Shown here one piece after another: positions 1 through 9,102 of a stretch of DNA of 64,000 nt. The notes under the pieces were generated by a model, which saw nothing but the letters and a program-made list of their open reading frames with translations, had not been told where the DNA came from and did no database searches. The translations under genes were made by a program, and so were the position numbers. Source of the stretch: Hyphomicrobiales bacterium (lineage in GTDB: Bacteria; Eisenbacteria; RBG-16-71-46; SZUA-252); assembly GCA_050257555.1 (NCBI GenBank), contig JBLMXB010000029.1, positions 7,174 to 71,173 of the forward strand, in the 5' to 3' direction. Each line of letters begins with the position of its first letter. Position 1 is the first letter of the stretch.

Positions 1-445
1 GCCCCCGGTAGACCCGGAGGAGCGGCGGGAGCGGCTCCGGACGGAGCCACCGGGCGTGCACCATCAGCCGGCGGCGGAGCCCGTGCTTCGCCGGCGCGAC
101 GCGCCGGGCGCCGTCGAGGCGCATCGTGAGGCGCGAGGAGCGGAGATTCTGGTGGAGGTCGAAGACCTCCTCGATTCCCTCCCGCCTCAGGAACGACGCG
201 AGGTCTCCGAGCGTGCCCCGGACGCCGACCGGCGCGGGCGCGGTCGGATCGGTGGTCGCGTCCTCGAGGAAGTAGAAGCGGTCGACGTCCGGGTGCCCGT
301 GGAGCGCCGCCGCGTAGCGGTCCTTGGTGGCGAAGAGGACGCGCCGCCCGGGATCGGCCTCGCGGAGGAACCGCGGGAGGTGGGCCGCGAGGAGCACGTC
401 CCCGAGCGACGAGAACCGCACGACCAGCGCCGGCCCGCGCGGCAT
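1..445 (-). CDS. Glycosyltransferase family 9 (LPS heptosyltransferase-like), N-terminal part; gene runs off the left edge
   Basis: Not in the ORF track because there is no stop in the window. Reverse-strand translation from ATG at 445-443 gives MPRGPALVVRFSSLGDVLLAAHLPRFLREADPGRRVLFATKDRYAAALHGHPDVDRFYFLED..., a typical GT9 N-terminus. It starts 3 nt after the msbA-like stop. Confidence 0.6.
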   Translation of the reverse strand, partial: MPRGPALVVRFSSLGDVLLAAHLPRFLREADPGRRVLFATKDRYAAALHGHPDVDRFYFLEDATTDPTAPAPVGVRGTLGDLASFLRREGIEEVFDLHQNLRSSRLTMRLDGARRVAPAKHGLRRRLMVHARWLRPEPLPPLLRVYRG

Positions 446-448
446 CGC

Positions 449-2455
449 TCAGCCGACCCGGTCGTGCGCCGCGAGCTCGGACTCCGCCAGCCGGAACTGG
501 AGCCGGTGGAGCTTCTGGTAGAGACCGGGCGTGCGCACCAGCTCCGCGTGCGTCCCCGTCTGCACGATGCGGCCCTGGTCGAGGACCAGGATCCGATCGG
601 CGCGCTGGATCGTGGAGAGCCGGTGGGCGATCACGAAGGCGGTCCGGTCGGTGAAGAGCGCCTCGAGCGCCTCCTGGACCAGGAGCTCGGACTGGGAGTC
701 GAGGTTCGACGTCGCCTCGTCGAGGAGGAGGAGGCGCGGGTCCTTGAAGATCGCCCGCGCGATCGCGATCCGCTGCCGCTCGCCGCCCGAGAGCCGGACG
801 CCCCGCTCGCCGATCCGCGTCTCGTATCCCTCCGGCATCTCGAGGACGAAGCGCTCGGCGTGCGCCGCGCGCGCCGCGGCGCGGATCCGGTCCTCGGACG
901 CGTCCTCGACCCCGTACGCGATGTTGTGCCGGATCGTGTCGTTGAAGAGGATCGCCTCCTGCGTGACGATGCCCATCAGCGAGCGGAGCGAGGCCAGGTC
1001 GTAGTCGCGCAGGTCGTGGCCGTCGAGGAGGATCCGCCCGGCGGTCGGATCGTAGAACCGCGCCACGAGGTCGACGAGCGTCGACTTCCCCGCTCCGCTC
1101 GGCCCGACCAGCGCGACGACCTCGCCCGCCTCGACGCGGAAGGAGACGTCCCGGAGCACCTCGCCCCCGGTCGCGTACCGGAACGAGATCCCCTCGAACT
1201 CGATGCCGTCCCGCACGCCGGTCGCGACCCGCCCGTTCGGCCGGGAGACGACCGTCGGTTTCGTGTCGAGGATGCGGAAGATCCGGGTCGCGCCCGCGAG
1301 CCCCTCCTGCAGCGTCGCGTTCACGTTGCTGAGCGACTTGAGCGGGCTCATCAGCTGCAGCATGGCGAAGAGGAAGATGAAGAACTGCTGCGGCTCGATC
1401 GCCCGCGCGAGGAGGATCTCGCGGCCGCCGTACCAGAGGACCGCGACGGCCGCGACGGCGCCGAAGTACTCCGACATCGGGCCCGCCATCGCGCCGAGCC
1501 GCCGCTGCTTCACGAACGCCCGGAAGTAGTTCTCCGAGACGCCCTCGAACTTCTTCGTCTCGAACCGCTCCATCGAGAACGCCTTCACGACGCGCACGCC
1601 GGACAGCGACTCCTGGAGCACCGCGTTCAGGTCGGCCATCCGGTCCTGCGTGATCGTGCTCCGCCGGCGGAGCTTCTTCCCGAGCCAGACGATCAGCGCG
1701 AGGGAGGGCGGGATCACGAGGAGCGAGACGAGCGCGAGCCGCCACGACGTCCAGAAGATCCAGAAGAGGCAGACGGCGAGGAGGAGCGACGACTTGATCA
1801 GGTTGCTGAACCCGGCGGCGAGCGCGCCGCGCACGAGCGAGATGTCGTTCGTGAAGCGCGAGAGGAGCGCCCCCGTCCGCCTCGTGTGGAAGAACGAGAG
1901 GGAGAGGGTCTGGAGGTGCGCGTAGACCTCGTTCCGGAGATCGCGGATCACGGCCTGCTCCACCCAGACCGTGAGGACGCTCTGCATGTAGTCGACGGCG
2001 TTCTTCAGCAGGAAGACGATCAGGAGCGCGAGACAGATGCGCGTCAGGGACCCGATCGGATCGCCCGTCAGGAAGAGGTGCTCGAAGGCGGTGCGCACGT
2101 GCTGCTTCGCGGCGTTCACGCGCGCGGGGAGCGACGGCGTCCCGGTCGCCGGGCCGCCGACGGCGTCGCCGGATCCGCCGGGACCGGCGCTCCCCCCGAT
2201 CGCGAGCCCGGGGAGACCGGCCGCGCCGGGGATCGCGACCGACGACGCGCCGGAGACGGAGCCGGCGACGACCGGACCGGGGCGCGGCGTGAAGAGCACC
2301 TTCACGAACGGCGAGATCATCCCGATCGTGATCCCGCTCAGGAGCGCGAACACGACCATGAGCCCCGCCGTGAGGACGAGCCGTCCCCGGTAGGGCTTCA
2401 TGTATCCCAGGAGTCGGAGCGAGATGCTCCGGTCGACGTGAGGGCCTCGTGCCAC
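449..2455 (-). CDS. msbA: Lipid A/lipid export ABC transporter, fused permease-ATPase (MsbA-like)
   Basis: 668 aa ORF. It has an N-terminal 6-TM ABC exporter domain and a C-terminal NBD with Walker A GPSGAGKST, signature LSGGERQR and Walker B LLLLDEATS. It sits in an lpx/waa context. Confidence 0.85.
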   Translation of the reverse strand: MARGPHVDRSISLRLLGYMKPYRGRLVLTAGLMVVFALLSGITIGMISPFVKVLFTPRPGPVVAGSVSGASSVAIPGAAGLPGLAIGGSAGPGGSGDAVGGPATGTPSLPARVNAAKQHVRTAFEHLFLTGDPIGSLTRICLALLIVFLLKNAVDYMQSVLTVWVEQAVIRDLRNEVYAHLQTLSLSFFHTRRTGALLSRFTNDISLVRGALAAGFSNLIKSSLLLAVCLFWIFWTSWRLALVSLLVIPPSLALIVWLGKKLRRRSTITQDRMADLNAVLQESLSGVRVVKAFSMERFETKKFEGVSENYFRAFVKQRRLGAMAGPMSEYFGAVAAVAVLWYGGREILLARAIEPQQFFIFLFAMLQLMSPLKSLSNVNATLQEGLAGATRIFRILDTKPTVVSRPNGRVATGVRDGIEFEGISFRYATGGEVLRDVSFRVEAGEVVALVGPSGAGKSTLVDLVARFYDPTAGRILLDGHDLRDYDLASLRSLMGIVTQEAILFNDTIRHNIAYGVEDASEDRIRAAARAAHAERFVLEMPEGYETRIGERGVRLSGGERQRIAIARAIFKDPRLLLLDEATSNLDSQSELLVQEALEALFTDRTAFVIAHRLSTIQRADRILVLDQGRIVQTGTHAELVRTPGLYQKLHRLQFRLAESELAAHDRVG

Positions 2456-2462
2456 GGGGCTC

Positions 2463-2873
2463 CTAGGGACGGCGGCTCCGGCGATCGGCGAACTGCTGGA
2501 GCCAGTCGAAGTTCCGCACGAAGACCTCCTCGAAGTCGTAGCCGCGCGCGAAGTCGCTGCGGCGATCCGTGTCGGTCTTGCTCAGGATCCCTTCCTTCAC
2601 GAGGTGGAAGACGATCTCGCCGAAGTCCTCGGTCCGGTGCACGCCCCACTGCTCGAAGACGGTCTTCGCCATGGGGCCGAACCGCTCGATCGCGAGGGCG
2701 CGGATCCCGTCCAGGAGCTCCTGGCCCGAGACGTGTCGCAGCTCGCGGGTGGCCGAGAAGTTCCGGTCGACGGTGTAGCGGACGGCTTCGAACGTGAAGC
2801 CGTAGGCTTGGGCCCGGTACCGGCCGTGCTTCTGCGCCACGTCGAGCATCCGGGTGTCGAGGTCGGGCATCAT
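2463..2873 (-). CDS. Small conserved hypothetical protein (resembles the Minf_1886/TIGR04138-type family, from memory)
   Basis: 136 aa ORF with normal composition (…RHVSGQELLDGIRALAIERFGPMAKTVFEQWGVHRTEDFGEIVFHLVKEGILSKTDTD…). It is tightly packed between nadB and msbA. Confidence 0.6.
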   Translation of the reverse strand: MMPDLDTRMLDVAQKHGRYRAQAYGFTFEAVRYTVDRNFSATRELRHVSGQELLDGIRALAIERFGPMAKTVFEQWGVHRTEDFGEIVFHLVKEGILSKTDTDRRSDFARGYDFEEVFVRNFDWLQQFADRRSRRP

Positions 2874-2874
2874 G

Positions 2875-4512
2875 TCAGCGCACGTCCTGCCGGTGGAGCA
2901 CGGTGTCCCGCCGGAAGCGCCGGTCGTCGCGCCGGGGATGGTCGACGTTGTAGTGCAGTCCCCGGCTCTCGAGGCGGCTCCGCGCGCAGGCGATCATCAG
3001 GTCGGCGACGAGCCCGATGTTCCGCAGTTCCACGAGGTTGGCGTCGAGGCGGAACCGCCGGTAGTCGCCTTCCGTCTGCTCGCGGAGCGTCGCGACGGTG
3101 GCCGCGGCGCGCTCGAGCCGCTCGTCGTTCCGGACGATGCCCATATAGTCCCACATGGCCCGGCGCACCGCATCCCAATTGTGGTCGATGATCACCTGCT
3201 CCTTGGGCCGGCTGGCGCTCAGGAAGTGCCACGGCGGGAGCTTCGGGATCGGCCGGGTCCGCTCCTCGGTCACGAGCCGGAGGAGCGCCATCCCGGCGCG
3301 ACGCGAGAAGACGAGCGCCTCGAGGAGCGAGTTCGACGCCAGGCGGTTCGCCCCGTGCACGCCGGTGCAGGCCACCTCCCCCGCCGCGTAGAGCCCGGGG
3401 ATCGTGGTCCGGCCCTCGAGGTCGGTCACCACGCCGCCGCACATGTAGTGCGCCGCCGGGACGACCGGGATCGGCTCGGCCGCGGGATCGAATCCCAGCT
3501 CGCGGAGCCGACGGGTGATCTGCGGGAAGCGCGCGTTCAGCCGCCGGCGGCCGAGATGCGTCATGTCGAGGAAGACCGACCGGTCGGCGCGCTTCTTCAT
3601 CTCGAAGTCGATCGCCCGCGCGACCACGTCGCGCGGCGCGAGCTCGCGGAGCCGGTGGTAGCGATGCATGAAGCGGCGGCCGTCGGCCGTGAGGAGCTTC
3701 CCCCCCTCGCCGCGCACCGCCTCGGAGATCAGGAACGATTTCGCCTCCGGATGGTAGAGGCAGGTCGGGTGGAACTGCATGAACTCGAGGTTCGCGACGG
3801 CCGCGCCGGCGCGGAAGGCGGCCGCGAGGCCGTCGCCGGTCGCGATGTCGGGGTTCGACGTGTAGAGGTAGACCTTCCCCGCGCCGCCGGTCGCGAGCAC
3901 CGTGGCGCGCGCCCCGATCGCGCGGATCGCGCCGGTCCGCCGGTCGAGCACGTACGCGCCCCAGATGCGGTCGCGCTCCGGCGCCACCCGCTTCCGTCCC
4001 CGGAGCCGCGAGTCGAGGATCAGGTCGATCGCGACCTGGTCCTCGAGCACGGAGATGCGAGGATTCCGCTCGGCCAGCTCGAGGAGGACGCGCTCGATCT
4101 CCCATCCCGTGCGGTCCTTGGCGTGGACGATGCGCCGCCGCGAGTGCCCTCCCTCGCGGCCCAGCGCGAGCCGGTCCCGGTGGCCGGCCTCGCGCGTGAA
4201 GCGGACCCCCATCGAGAGGAGCCGGAGCACCTCGCCCGGGCCCTCCTCGACGAGCACCCGCACCGCCTCGGGGTCGCAGATCCCCGCGCCGGCGACCATC
4301 GTGTCGCGTTCGTGGAGCGACAGCCGGTCGTCCTCGCCCAGCACCGCGGCCACGCCCCCCTGCGCGTAGTTCGTGTTCGATTCCTGCGCGTCCACCTTCG
4401 TCACGATCAGGACGCGCGCCGACTGCGCCGCGTGCAGGGCCACGGAGAGGCCGGCGATGCCGCTCCCGATCACCAGGACTTCCGTCTCGATCTCGTTTCG
4501 TGCGCGTGCCAC
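2875..4512 (-). CDS. nadB: L-aspartate oxidase
   Basis: 545 aa ORF. It has an FAD-binding N-terminus (VLVIGSGIAGLS), SNTNYAQGGVAAV, and C-terminal ESRGLHYNVDHP typical of NadB. Confidence 0.9.
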   Translation of the reverse strand: MARARNEIETEVLVIGSGIAGLSVALHAAQSARVLIVTKVDAQESNTNYAQGGVAAVLGEDDRLSLHERDTMVAGAGICDPEAVRVLVEEGPGEVLRLLSMGVRFTREAGHRDRLALGREGGHSRRRIVHAKDRTGWEIERVLLELAERNPRISVLEDQVAIDLILDSRLRGRKRVAPERDRIWGAYVLDRRTGAIRAIGARATVLATGGAGKVYLYTSNPDIATGDGLAAAFRAGAAVANLEFMQFHPTCLYHPEAKSFLISEAVRGEGGKLLTADGRRFMHRYHRLRELAPRDVVARAIDFEMKKRADRSVFLDMTHLGRRRLNARFPQITRRLRELGFDPAAEPIPVVPAAHYMCGGVVTDLEGRTTIPGLYAAGEVACTGVHGANRLASNSLLEALVFSRRAGMALLRLVTEERTRPIPKLPPWHFLSASRPKEQVIIDHNWDAVRRAMWDYMGIVRNDERLERAAATVATLREQTEGDYRRFRLDANLVELRNIGLVADLMIACARSRLESRGLHYNVDHPRRDDRRFRRDTVLHRQDVR

Positions 4513-4533
4513 CGGTTCGCCTCCTCCGACCGC

Positions 4534-5676
4534 CTAGGATACCCGACCGGCGGCCGCCGCGCGGTACCGGGCGAGGATCGCGTCCACCGGGTCGAGCGGC
4601 TCGAGCGCGGTCCGGAGCACCCGGCACGGGAGCGGCGGATCCGCGGGGAGCGTCCAGCGCGCCTCGTCCTTCTCGGTCAGGAGGGCGACGCGCGCGCCGC
4701 GACCCGCGAGCCGCGCGATCGCCGCGCGAAGCGGCTCCGCCCCGACGCGCGCATGGTCGGGGAACGCCTCGTGGGCCACGACGTCGGCCCCGTGCGCGCG
4801 CGCGAACCGCGCCACGCGATCGGGCGCGCCGACCGCGGTCAGGAGCCCCGCCGGTCCCAGCGCCCCCGGCGCCTCGACGGCGCCGCCCCCGGGCGCGCCC
4901 ACGCCTTCGAGGCGGCGGCGGAAGCGGAGGATCGCCGCGCGCGGCGCGTGCCGGCGCACGGTCGCGAGCGTCGCTTCGGGAACCGTCTCCTCCGGCGTCT
5001 CGAGGAGGAAGGCCACGGCGTCGGCCTCGGCCAGCGAGCGCAGCGGACGCCGGAGCGGCCCCGCGGGGAGCGGCCAGCCGTTTCCGCCCGGATGCCGCGG
5101 GTCGAGGGTCACCCAGAGGGCGTCCCACGCCAGCGACGGCTGCTCCCATCCGTCGTCGAGCACCGCGACCCGGGCGTCGTACCCCTCGCGAAGCGCCCGG
5201 GCCGCGCGGCGACGGTCGGGATCGACCGCGACCGCGATCGAGCGCGGGAGCGCCGCGCGGTGGGCGGCCGCCTCGTCCCCGTAGCGCCGGGCCGCGAGCG
5301 CCGCCGGGTAGCCGGGCGGGTCGGGAACTACGCCCGGGCCCGCGTCCGACGCGTCGCGCGCGTGCCCGCGGAGGATCACCGCGCCGCGCCCGCCGTGCGC
5401 GGCCGCGTCGAGCGCGAGCCAGCGGGCGAGCGACGACTTCCCGGTGCCGCCGACCGTCGCGTTCCCGACCGCCACGACGTAGAGCCCCGGAACCGACCGG
5501 CGGGCGGCGGTCGCGCGGCGGCGCGCCGCGGCCGCGCCGAGGGCGTAGAGCGCGGCCGCGGGCGCGAGCGCGAGCGTCCAGGGAGCGCTCCCCGGCTCGC
5601 CGGACCAGGCGCGCTCGACCGCGCCGACCAGGCCGCCGCGCGCGGCCCGCGGCGTCCCGCGCGGGCCGTCCGTCAC
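4534..5676 (-). CDS. lpxK: Tetraacyldisaccharide 4'-kinase
   Basis: This is the C-terminal 380 codons of ORF 4534..6072. ERAWSGEPGSAPWTLALAPAAALY… and VVAVGNATVGGTGKSS match the LpxK N-terminus and P-loop. The GTG at 5676 overlaps the waaA stop (GTGA). The upstream part of the ORF is an Arg-rich read-through. Confidence 0.8.
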   Translation of the reverse strand: MTDGPRGTPRAARGGLVGAVERAWSGEPGSAPWTLALAPAAALYALGAAAARRRATAARRSVPGLYVVAVGNATVGGTGKSSLARWLALDAAAHGGRGAVILRGHARDASDAGPGVVPDPPGYPAALAARRYGDEAAAHRAALPRSIAVAVDPDRRRAARALREGYDARVAVLDDGWEQPSLAWDALWVTLDPRHPGGNGWPLPAGPLRRPLRSLAEADAVAFLLETPEETVPEATLATVRRHAPRAAILRFRRRLEGVGAPGGGAVEAPGALGPAGLLTAVGAPDRVARFARAHGADVVAHEAFPDHARVGAEPLRAAIARLAGRGARVALLTEKDEARWTLPADPPLPCRVLRTALEPLDPVDAILARYRAAAAGRVS

Positions 5677-6965
5677 GGGACGATCCCCCAGGCGGCGAGC
5701 GCCTCGAGCGATCGGCCGGTCACGCCGCCCCCTTCGGCCGCCGCGCGCCGCGCGGCCGCGCTCCGGGCGTCGAGCCCGTCGGGCGCCCAGAGCCGGAGCA
5801 CCGCCGCCGCCGCCTCGCCGGGATCGGCCGCCGTCTCGCAGGCACCGGCGCGGCGGAGCGGGATCAGGGCCGCCGCGATCCCCTCGTGGCGCGGGCCGAC
5901 GACGATCGCGGCCCCGCGCGCCGCCGGCTCGATCGGGTTGTGTCCTCCGTGGGGAGCGAACGTGCCGCCGACGACCGCGACGCGGGCGCGGCCGTACGCG
6001 TCGGGCAATTCGCCGCGGGTCGCGAGGAGCGCCACCCTCCGTCCGACCGTCGCCGCCGCGTCCTCGATCCACCGCGCCACGGGCGTCGCCGCGCGCGCCG
6101 CTTCGTCCCGCTCGATCACGGCGTAGCCCGACGCGGCGAGCCGGGCGCGGAACGACGCGACCCCCTCGTCGTGCCGGGGCGCCACGACCAGGAGCGGCGA
6201 TCCGGGCAGCCCCTCGAGGACCGCGGCGATCCGGAGCGCGATCTCCTCCTCACCCGGCCGCGCGCTCCCGAAGACGACCGCCCGCCGCGACGCGGGCGGC
6301 GCGCCGGCGTCCTCGGACGGGGCCGTGAGCGCCGCGTCGGCCTTCAGGTCGCCGGTCACGCGGATGCGCGGCTCCGGGACGCCGAGCGAGGCGAAGCGCG
6401 TCGCGTCCTCCTCCCGCTGGGCCAGGACGAAGACGCCCCGGCCGAAGAGCGCGGGCCCCGCGACCCGGAGCGCGCGGAGGCGGCGCGCCGTCCGCTCGGA
6501 GACGGTGGCGCTCACGAAGGCGACCGGGATGTTCCGCCGGCGCGTCTCGACGACGAGGTTCGGCCAGATCTCGGTCTCGATCACGTCGAGGCGCGCGGGG
6601 CAGGCCGTGTCCACGAGCGCGCCGACCAGCCGCGGCGCGTCGAGCGGCGCGACGCGCGCCGTGACGAGCGGTCCCAGCTCGCGGGCGGCCCGGTCCCGGC
6701 CGGCCCGCGTGCGCGTCGTGAGCAGGAAGGGGGGCCGTAGCCCGGACGCCGCGAGCGCGCGGACCCACGTTCCGGCCGCGCCCACCTCCCCGAGCGAGGC
6801 CGCGTGGACCCATACGCTCCCCGCCGCGCGGACCGCCTCCTCGCTGGCGCCGGTCGCCGCCTCGCGCCACGCGCTCCGGGCCGGCGCCACGACCGACGCG
6901 AGCGGCGCGTAGAGGAGCCCGAGCGTCTCCGCGAGGCCGCGGTAGATCGAGAGCCCGATCGCCAT
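5673..6965 (-). CDS. waaA: 3-deoxy-D-manno-octulosonic acid (Kdo) transferase
   Basis: The ATG at 6965 (MAIGLSIYRGLAETLGLLY…) lies inside ORF 5673..7769. WVHAASLGEV and IETEIWPNL motifs are typical of KdtA/WaaA. There is an ATGA overlap with the lpxB stop. Confidence 0.85.
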   Translation of the reverse strand: MAIGLSIYRGLAETLGLLYAPLASVVAPARSAWREAATGASEEAVRAAGSVWVHAASLGEVGAAGTWVRALAASGLRPPFLLTTRTRAGRDRAARELGPLVTARVAPLDAPRLVGALVDTACPARLDVIETEIWPNLVVETRRRNIPVAFVSATVSERTARRLRALRVAGPALFGRGVFVLAQREEDATRFASLGVPEPRIRVTGDLKADAALTAPSEDAGAPPASRRAVVFGSARPGEEEIALRIAAVLEGLPGSPLLVVAPRHDEGVASFRARLAASGYAVIERDEAARAATPVARWIEDAAATVGRRVALLATRGELPDAYGRARVAVVGGTFAPHGGHNPIEPAARGAAIVVGPRHEGIAAALIPLRRAGACETAADPGEAAAAVLRLWAPDGLDARSAAARRAAAEGGGVTGRSLEALAAWGIVP

Positions 6966-8134
6966 CACGGCCGCCCTTCCGCGGGATGCTCGGTCGCGAA
7001 CGCGAGGAGCGCGTCGGCCGCCCGCTCCGCCGCGCCGGGTCCGCCGAGGATCTCGGGGAGTCGCGCGAACGCCGCGCGCTGCGCCGCGCGGCGCGCCGGA
7101 TCGGCGAGGAGCGGCGCCGCCGCGGCCGCGATCGAGGCGCCGGTGGCGCCCCCCTGCACGCATTCGGGCGCGGCGTCGACGCCCGCCACGATGTTCGCGA
7201 GGCCGATCCGCGGGAGCCGGACGACGCGGCGAGCGATCTCGTAGTTGAGCCGTCCGGTCCGGTAGACGAGGACGAACGGGATGCCGAGGCTCGCGGTCTC
7301 GAGCGTGGCGGTCCCCGACGCGACGAGCGCGAGATCGGCGGCGCGGAGGAGCGCGCGCGCGTCGCCGCGATGGTCGATCGGCCCGAGCGTCCGCCAGAGC
7401 GGCGCCGCGGCGCCGCGCGACGCCTCGGCGGCGACGGGGCCGGCGTCGCTCACCGCGACCCGGACCGGCGTCCCGGCGTGCGCCGCGAGGCGCGCCGCCG
7501 CGTCGAGCATCGGCGCGAGATGGCGGCGGACCTCCCCCCGACGGCTCCCGGGCAAGAGCGCGATGAGCCGTTCCCCGGGCGCGAGCCCGAGGGCCGACCG
7601 GGCGTGCTCCCGCGCCGCGTCGTCGGGCGCGAGCGCGCCGGCGGGGTGCCCGACCCAGCGGCCCGGGATCCCCTCGCGGCGGAGGATCTCCTCCTCGAAC
7701 CGGAAGAGGACGAGCATCGTGTCGACGTCCTCGCGGATCCGCCGCACGCGGCCGTAGCCCCAGGCCCAAACCTGAGGGAGGACGTAGTAGACGACCCGCC
7801 GCCCGGCCCGGCGCGCGACCCGGGCGAGCCCCAGGTTGAGACCGGGCGAGTCGATCGGGAGGAAGATCGCGCCGGGGCGCGCGCGGAGGAGATCGCCGAT
7901 CGTCCGTCGCGCGCGGCGGATCGCCGGCAGGTGGCGGATCACCTCCGCGAAGCCCATGACCGCGACCGACTCCATCGGCACCACCGCGTCGAGCCCCGCG
8001 GCGCGGAGCGCCGGTCCGCCGAGCCCGGCGGCCGTCACGCGCGCGCCGCGCGCCCGGAGCGCGTCGAGCAGCGCCGCGCCCAGCCGGTCGCCCGAAGGAT
8101 CGCCGGCCGAGACGATGAGCTGCGGGAGGGTCAG
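6965..8134 (-). CDS. lpxB: Lipid-A-disaccharide synthase (start codon unresolved)
   Basis: This is the C-terminal ~389 codons of ORF 6965..9058. LTLPQLIVSAGDPSGDRLGAALLDALRA… matches the LpxB N-terminus. No ATG/GTG/TTG lies near it. CTG at 8134 overlaps the upstream TGA (CTGA), and ATC at 8116 is the alternative. Confidence 0.75.
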   Translation of the reverse strand: MTLPQLIVSAGDPSGDRLGAALLDALRARGARVTAAGLGGPALRAAGLDAVVPMESVAVMGFAEVIRHLPAIRRARRTIGDLLRARPGAIFLPIDSPGLNLGLARVARRAGRRVVYYVLPQVWAWGYGRVRRIREDVDTMLVLFRFEEEILRREGIPGRWVGHPAGALAPDDAAREHARSALGLAPGERLIALLPGSRRGEVRRHLAPMLDAAARLAAHAGTPVRVAVSDAGPVAAEASRGAAAPLWRTLGPIDHRGDARALLRAADLALVASGTATLETASLGIPFVLVYRTGRLNYEIARRVVRLPRIGLANIVAGVDAAPECVQGGATGASIAAAAAPLLADPARRAAQRAAFARLPEILGGPGAAERAADALLAFATEHPAEGRP

Positions 8135-9102
8135 ACGGAGGCGCCGGCGGGAGACCGGAGCTCGACCTGCCGGCGCACGAGATCGGCGGCGCCCAGGGCG
8201 AGGAGCGCGGTCTCCGACTCCGCCCAGGAGCGCGCCGGCTCCGCGCGGAGGGCGAGGAAGTGCGCGAGCTCGGCCTCGAGCGGGTCGGCTTCCGCCACCG
8301 TCACCGCGAGCGGCCGGATGCGCGCGAGCCAGTGCTCGTCGGGATTCGTCGGCGTGGTCGGGAGGAGCTGGAACGCCTCGACGCTCCGGTTCAGGCAGTC
8401 GATGGAGAGGTATTCGCTCGCCTCGAAGAAGCGGATCTTCCGGATCTTCTCGCGGGAGATCCTGCTCGCGGTGAGGTTGGCCACGCACCCCGACTCGAAG
8501 ACGATCCGCGCGTTCGCGATGTCGACGTGCGGCGTGACGACCGGCACGCCTACCGCGTGGATCTCCGCGACGCGCGACCGCGTGGCGAGGAGCGCGAGAT
8601 CGAGATCGTGGATCATCAGGTCGAGCACGACGTCGACGTCGATGCCGCGCGGGACCGGCGGCGCCAGACGGTGCGCCTCGATGAAACGGGGCGATTTGAG
8701 GTGCGGGAGGGCGGCGCGCACCGCGGGGTTGAAGCGCTCGATCTGACCGACCGCGAGGGCCACGCCCCGCTCCCGCGCGGCGGCGAGCATGGCGCTCCCC
8801 TCCCCGGGGCTCGTGGCGATCGGCTTCTCGACCAGGACGGCGACGCCGCGACCGAGCGCGGCGAGGGCGACGTCGTGATGGGTCGGCGTCGGCGAGGCGA
8901 CCGACACCGCGTCGACGCGCTCGAGGAGCGCGTCGAAGGAGTCGAACGTGGCGAGGCCCGGATCGCGGGACGCCCGCTCGCGCGCGGCCGGATCGGGATC
9001 GTACCCGCCGACCACCTCGACCGAGCCGAGGCGGCCCCACGCGCGCGCGTGGTGGCATCCGAGGTGGCCGAGCCCGGCGATCCCGACCCGCGGCCGGCTC
9101 AC
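8131..9102 (-). CDS. Gfo/Idh/MocA-family NAD(P)-dependent oxidoreductase (GnnA-like position between lpxA and lpxB)
   Basis: The GTG at 9102 overlaps the lpxA stop (GTGA). It has a Rossmann N-terminus (RVGIAGLGHLGCHHA) and EKP motif (VLVEKPIA). It is 323 aa. Confidence 0.8.
   Translation of the reverse strand: MSRPRVGIAGLGHLGCHHARAWGRLGSVEVVGGYDPDPAARERASRDPGLATFDSFDALLERVDAVSVASPTPTHHDVALAALGRGVAVLVEKPIATSPGEGSAMLAAARERGVALAVGQIERFNPAVRAALPHLKSPRFIEAHRLAPPVPRGIDVDVVLDLMIHDLDLALLATRSRVAEIHAVGVPVVTPHVDIANARIVFESGCVANLTASRISREKIRKIRFFEASEYLSIDCLNRSVEAFQLLPTTPTNPDEHWLARIRPLAVTVAEADPLEAELAHFLALRAEPARSWAESETALLALGAADLVRRQVELRSPAGASV

Noticed and set aside
56-6740. Very long plus-strand ORFs (56..2797, 2854..6126, 4500..6740). 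Similar ones occur across the window: 9511..11412, 13484..15901, 15550..17928, 23073..26831, 26602..28935, 37307..39844, 51341..56113 and 59311..62409.
   Set aside because: Their translations are dominated by Arg/Pro/Gly/Ala/Asp/Glu and have no recognisable motifs. They lie exactly antisense to minus-strand genes with strong, motif-level homology. Stop codons are rare in such GC-rich sequence, so long antisense ORFs are expected artefacts.
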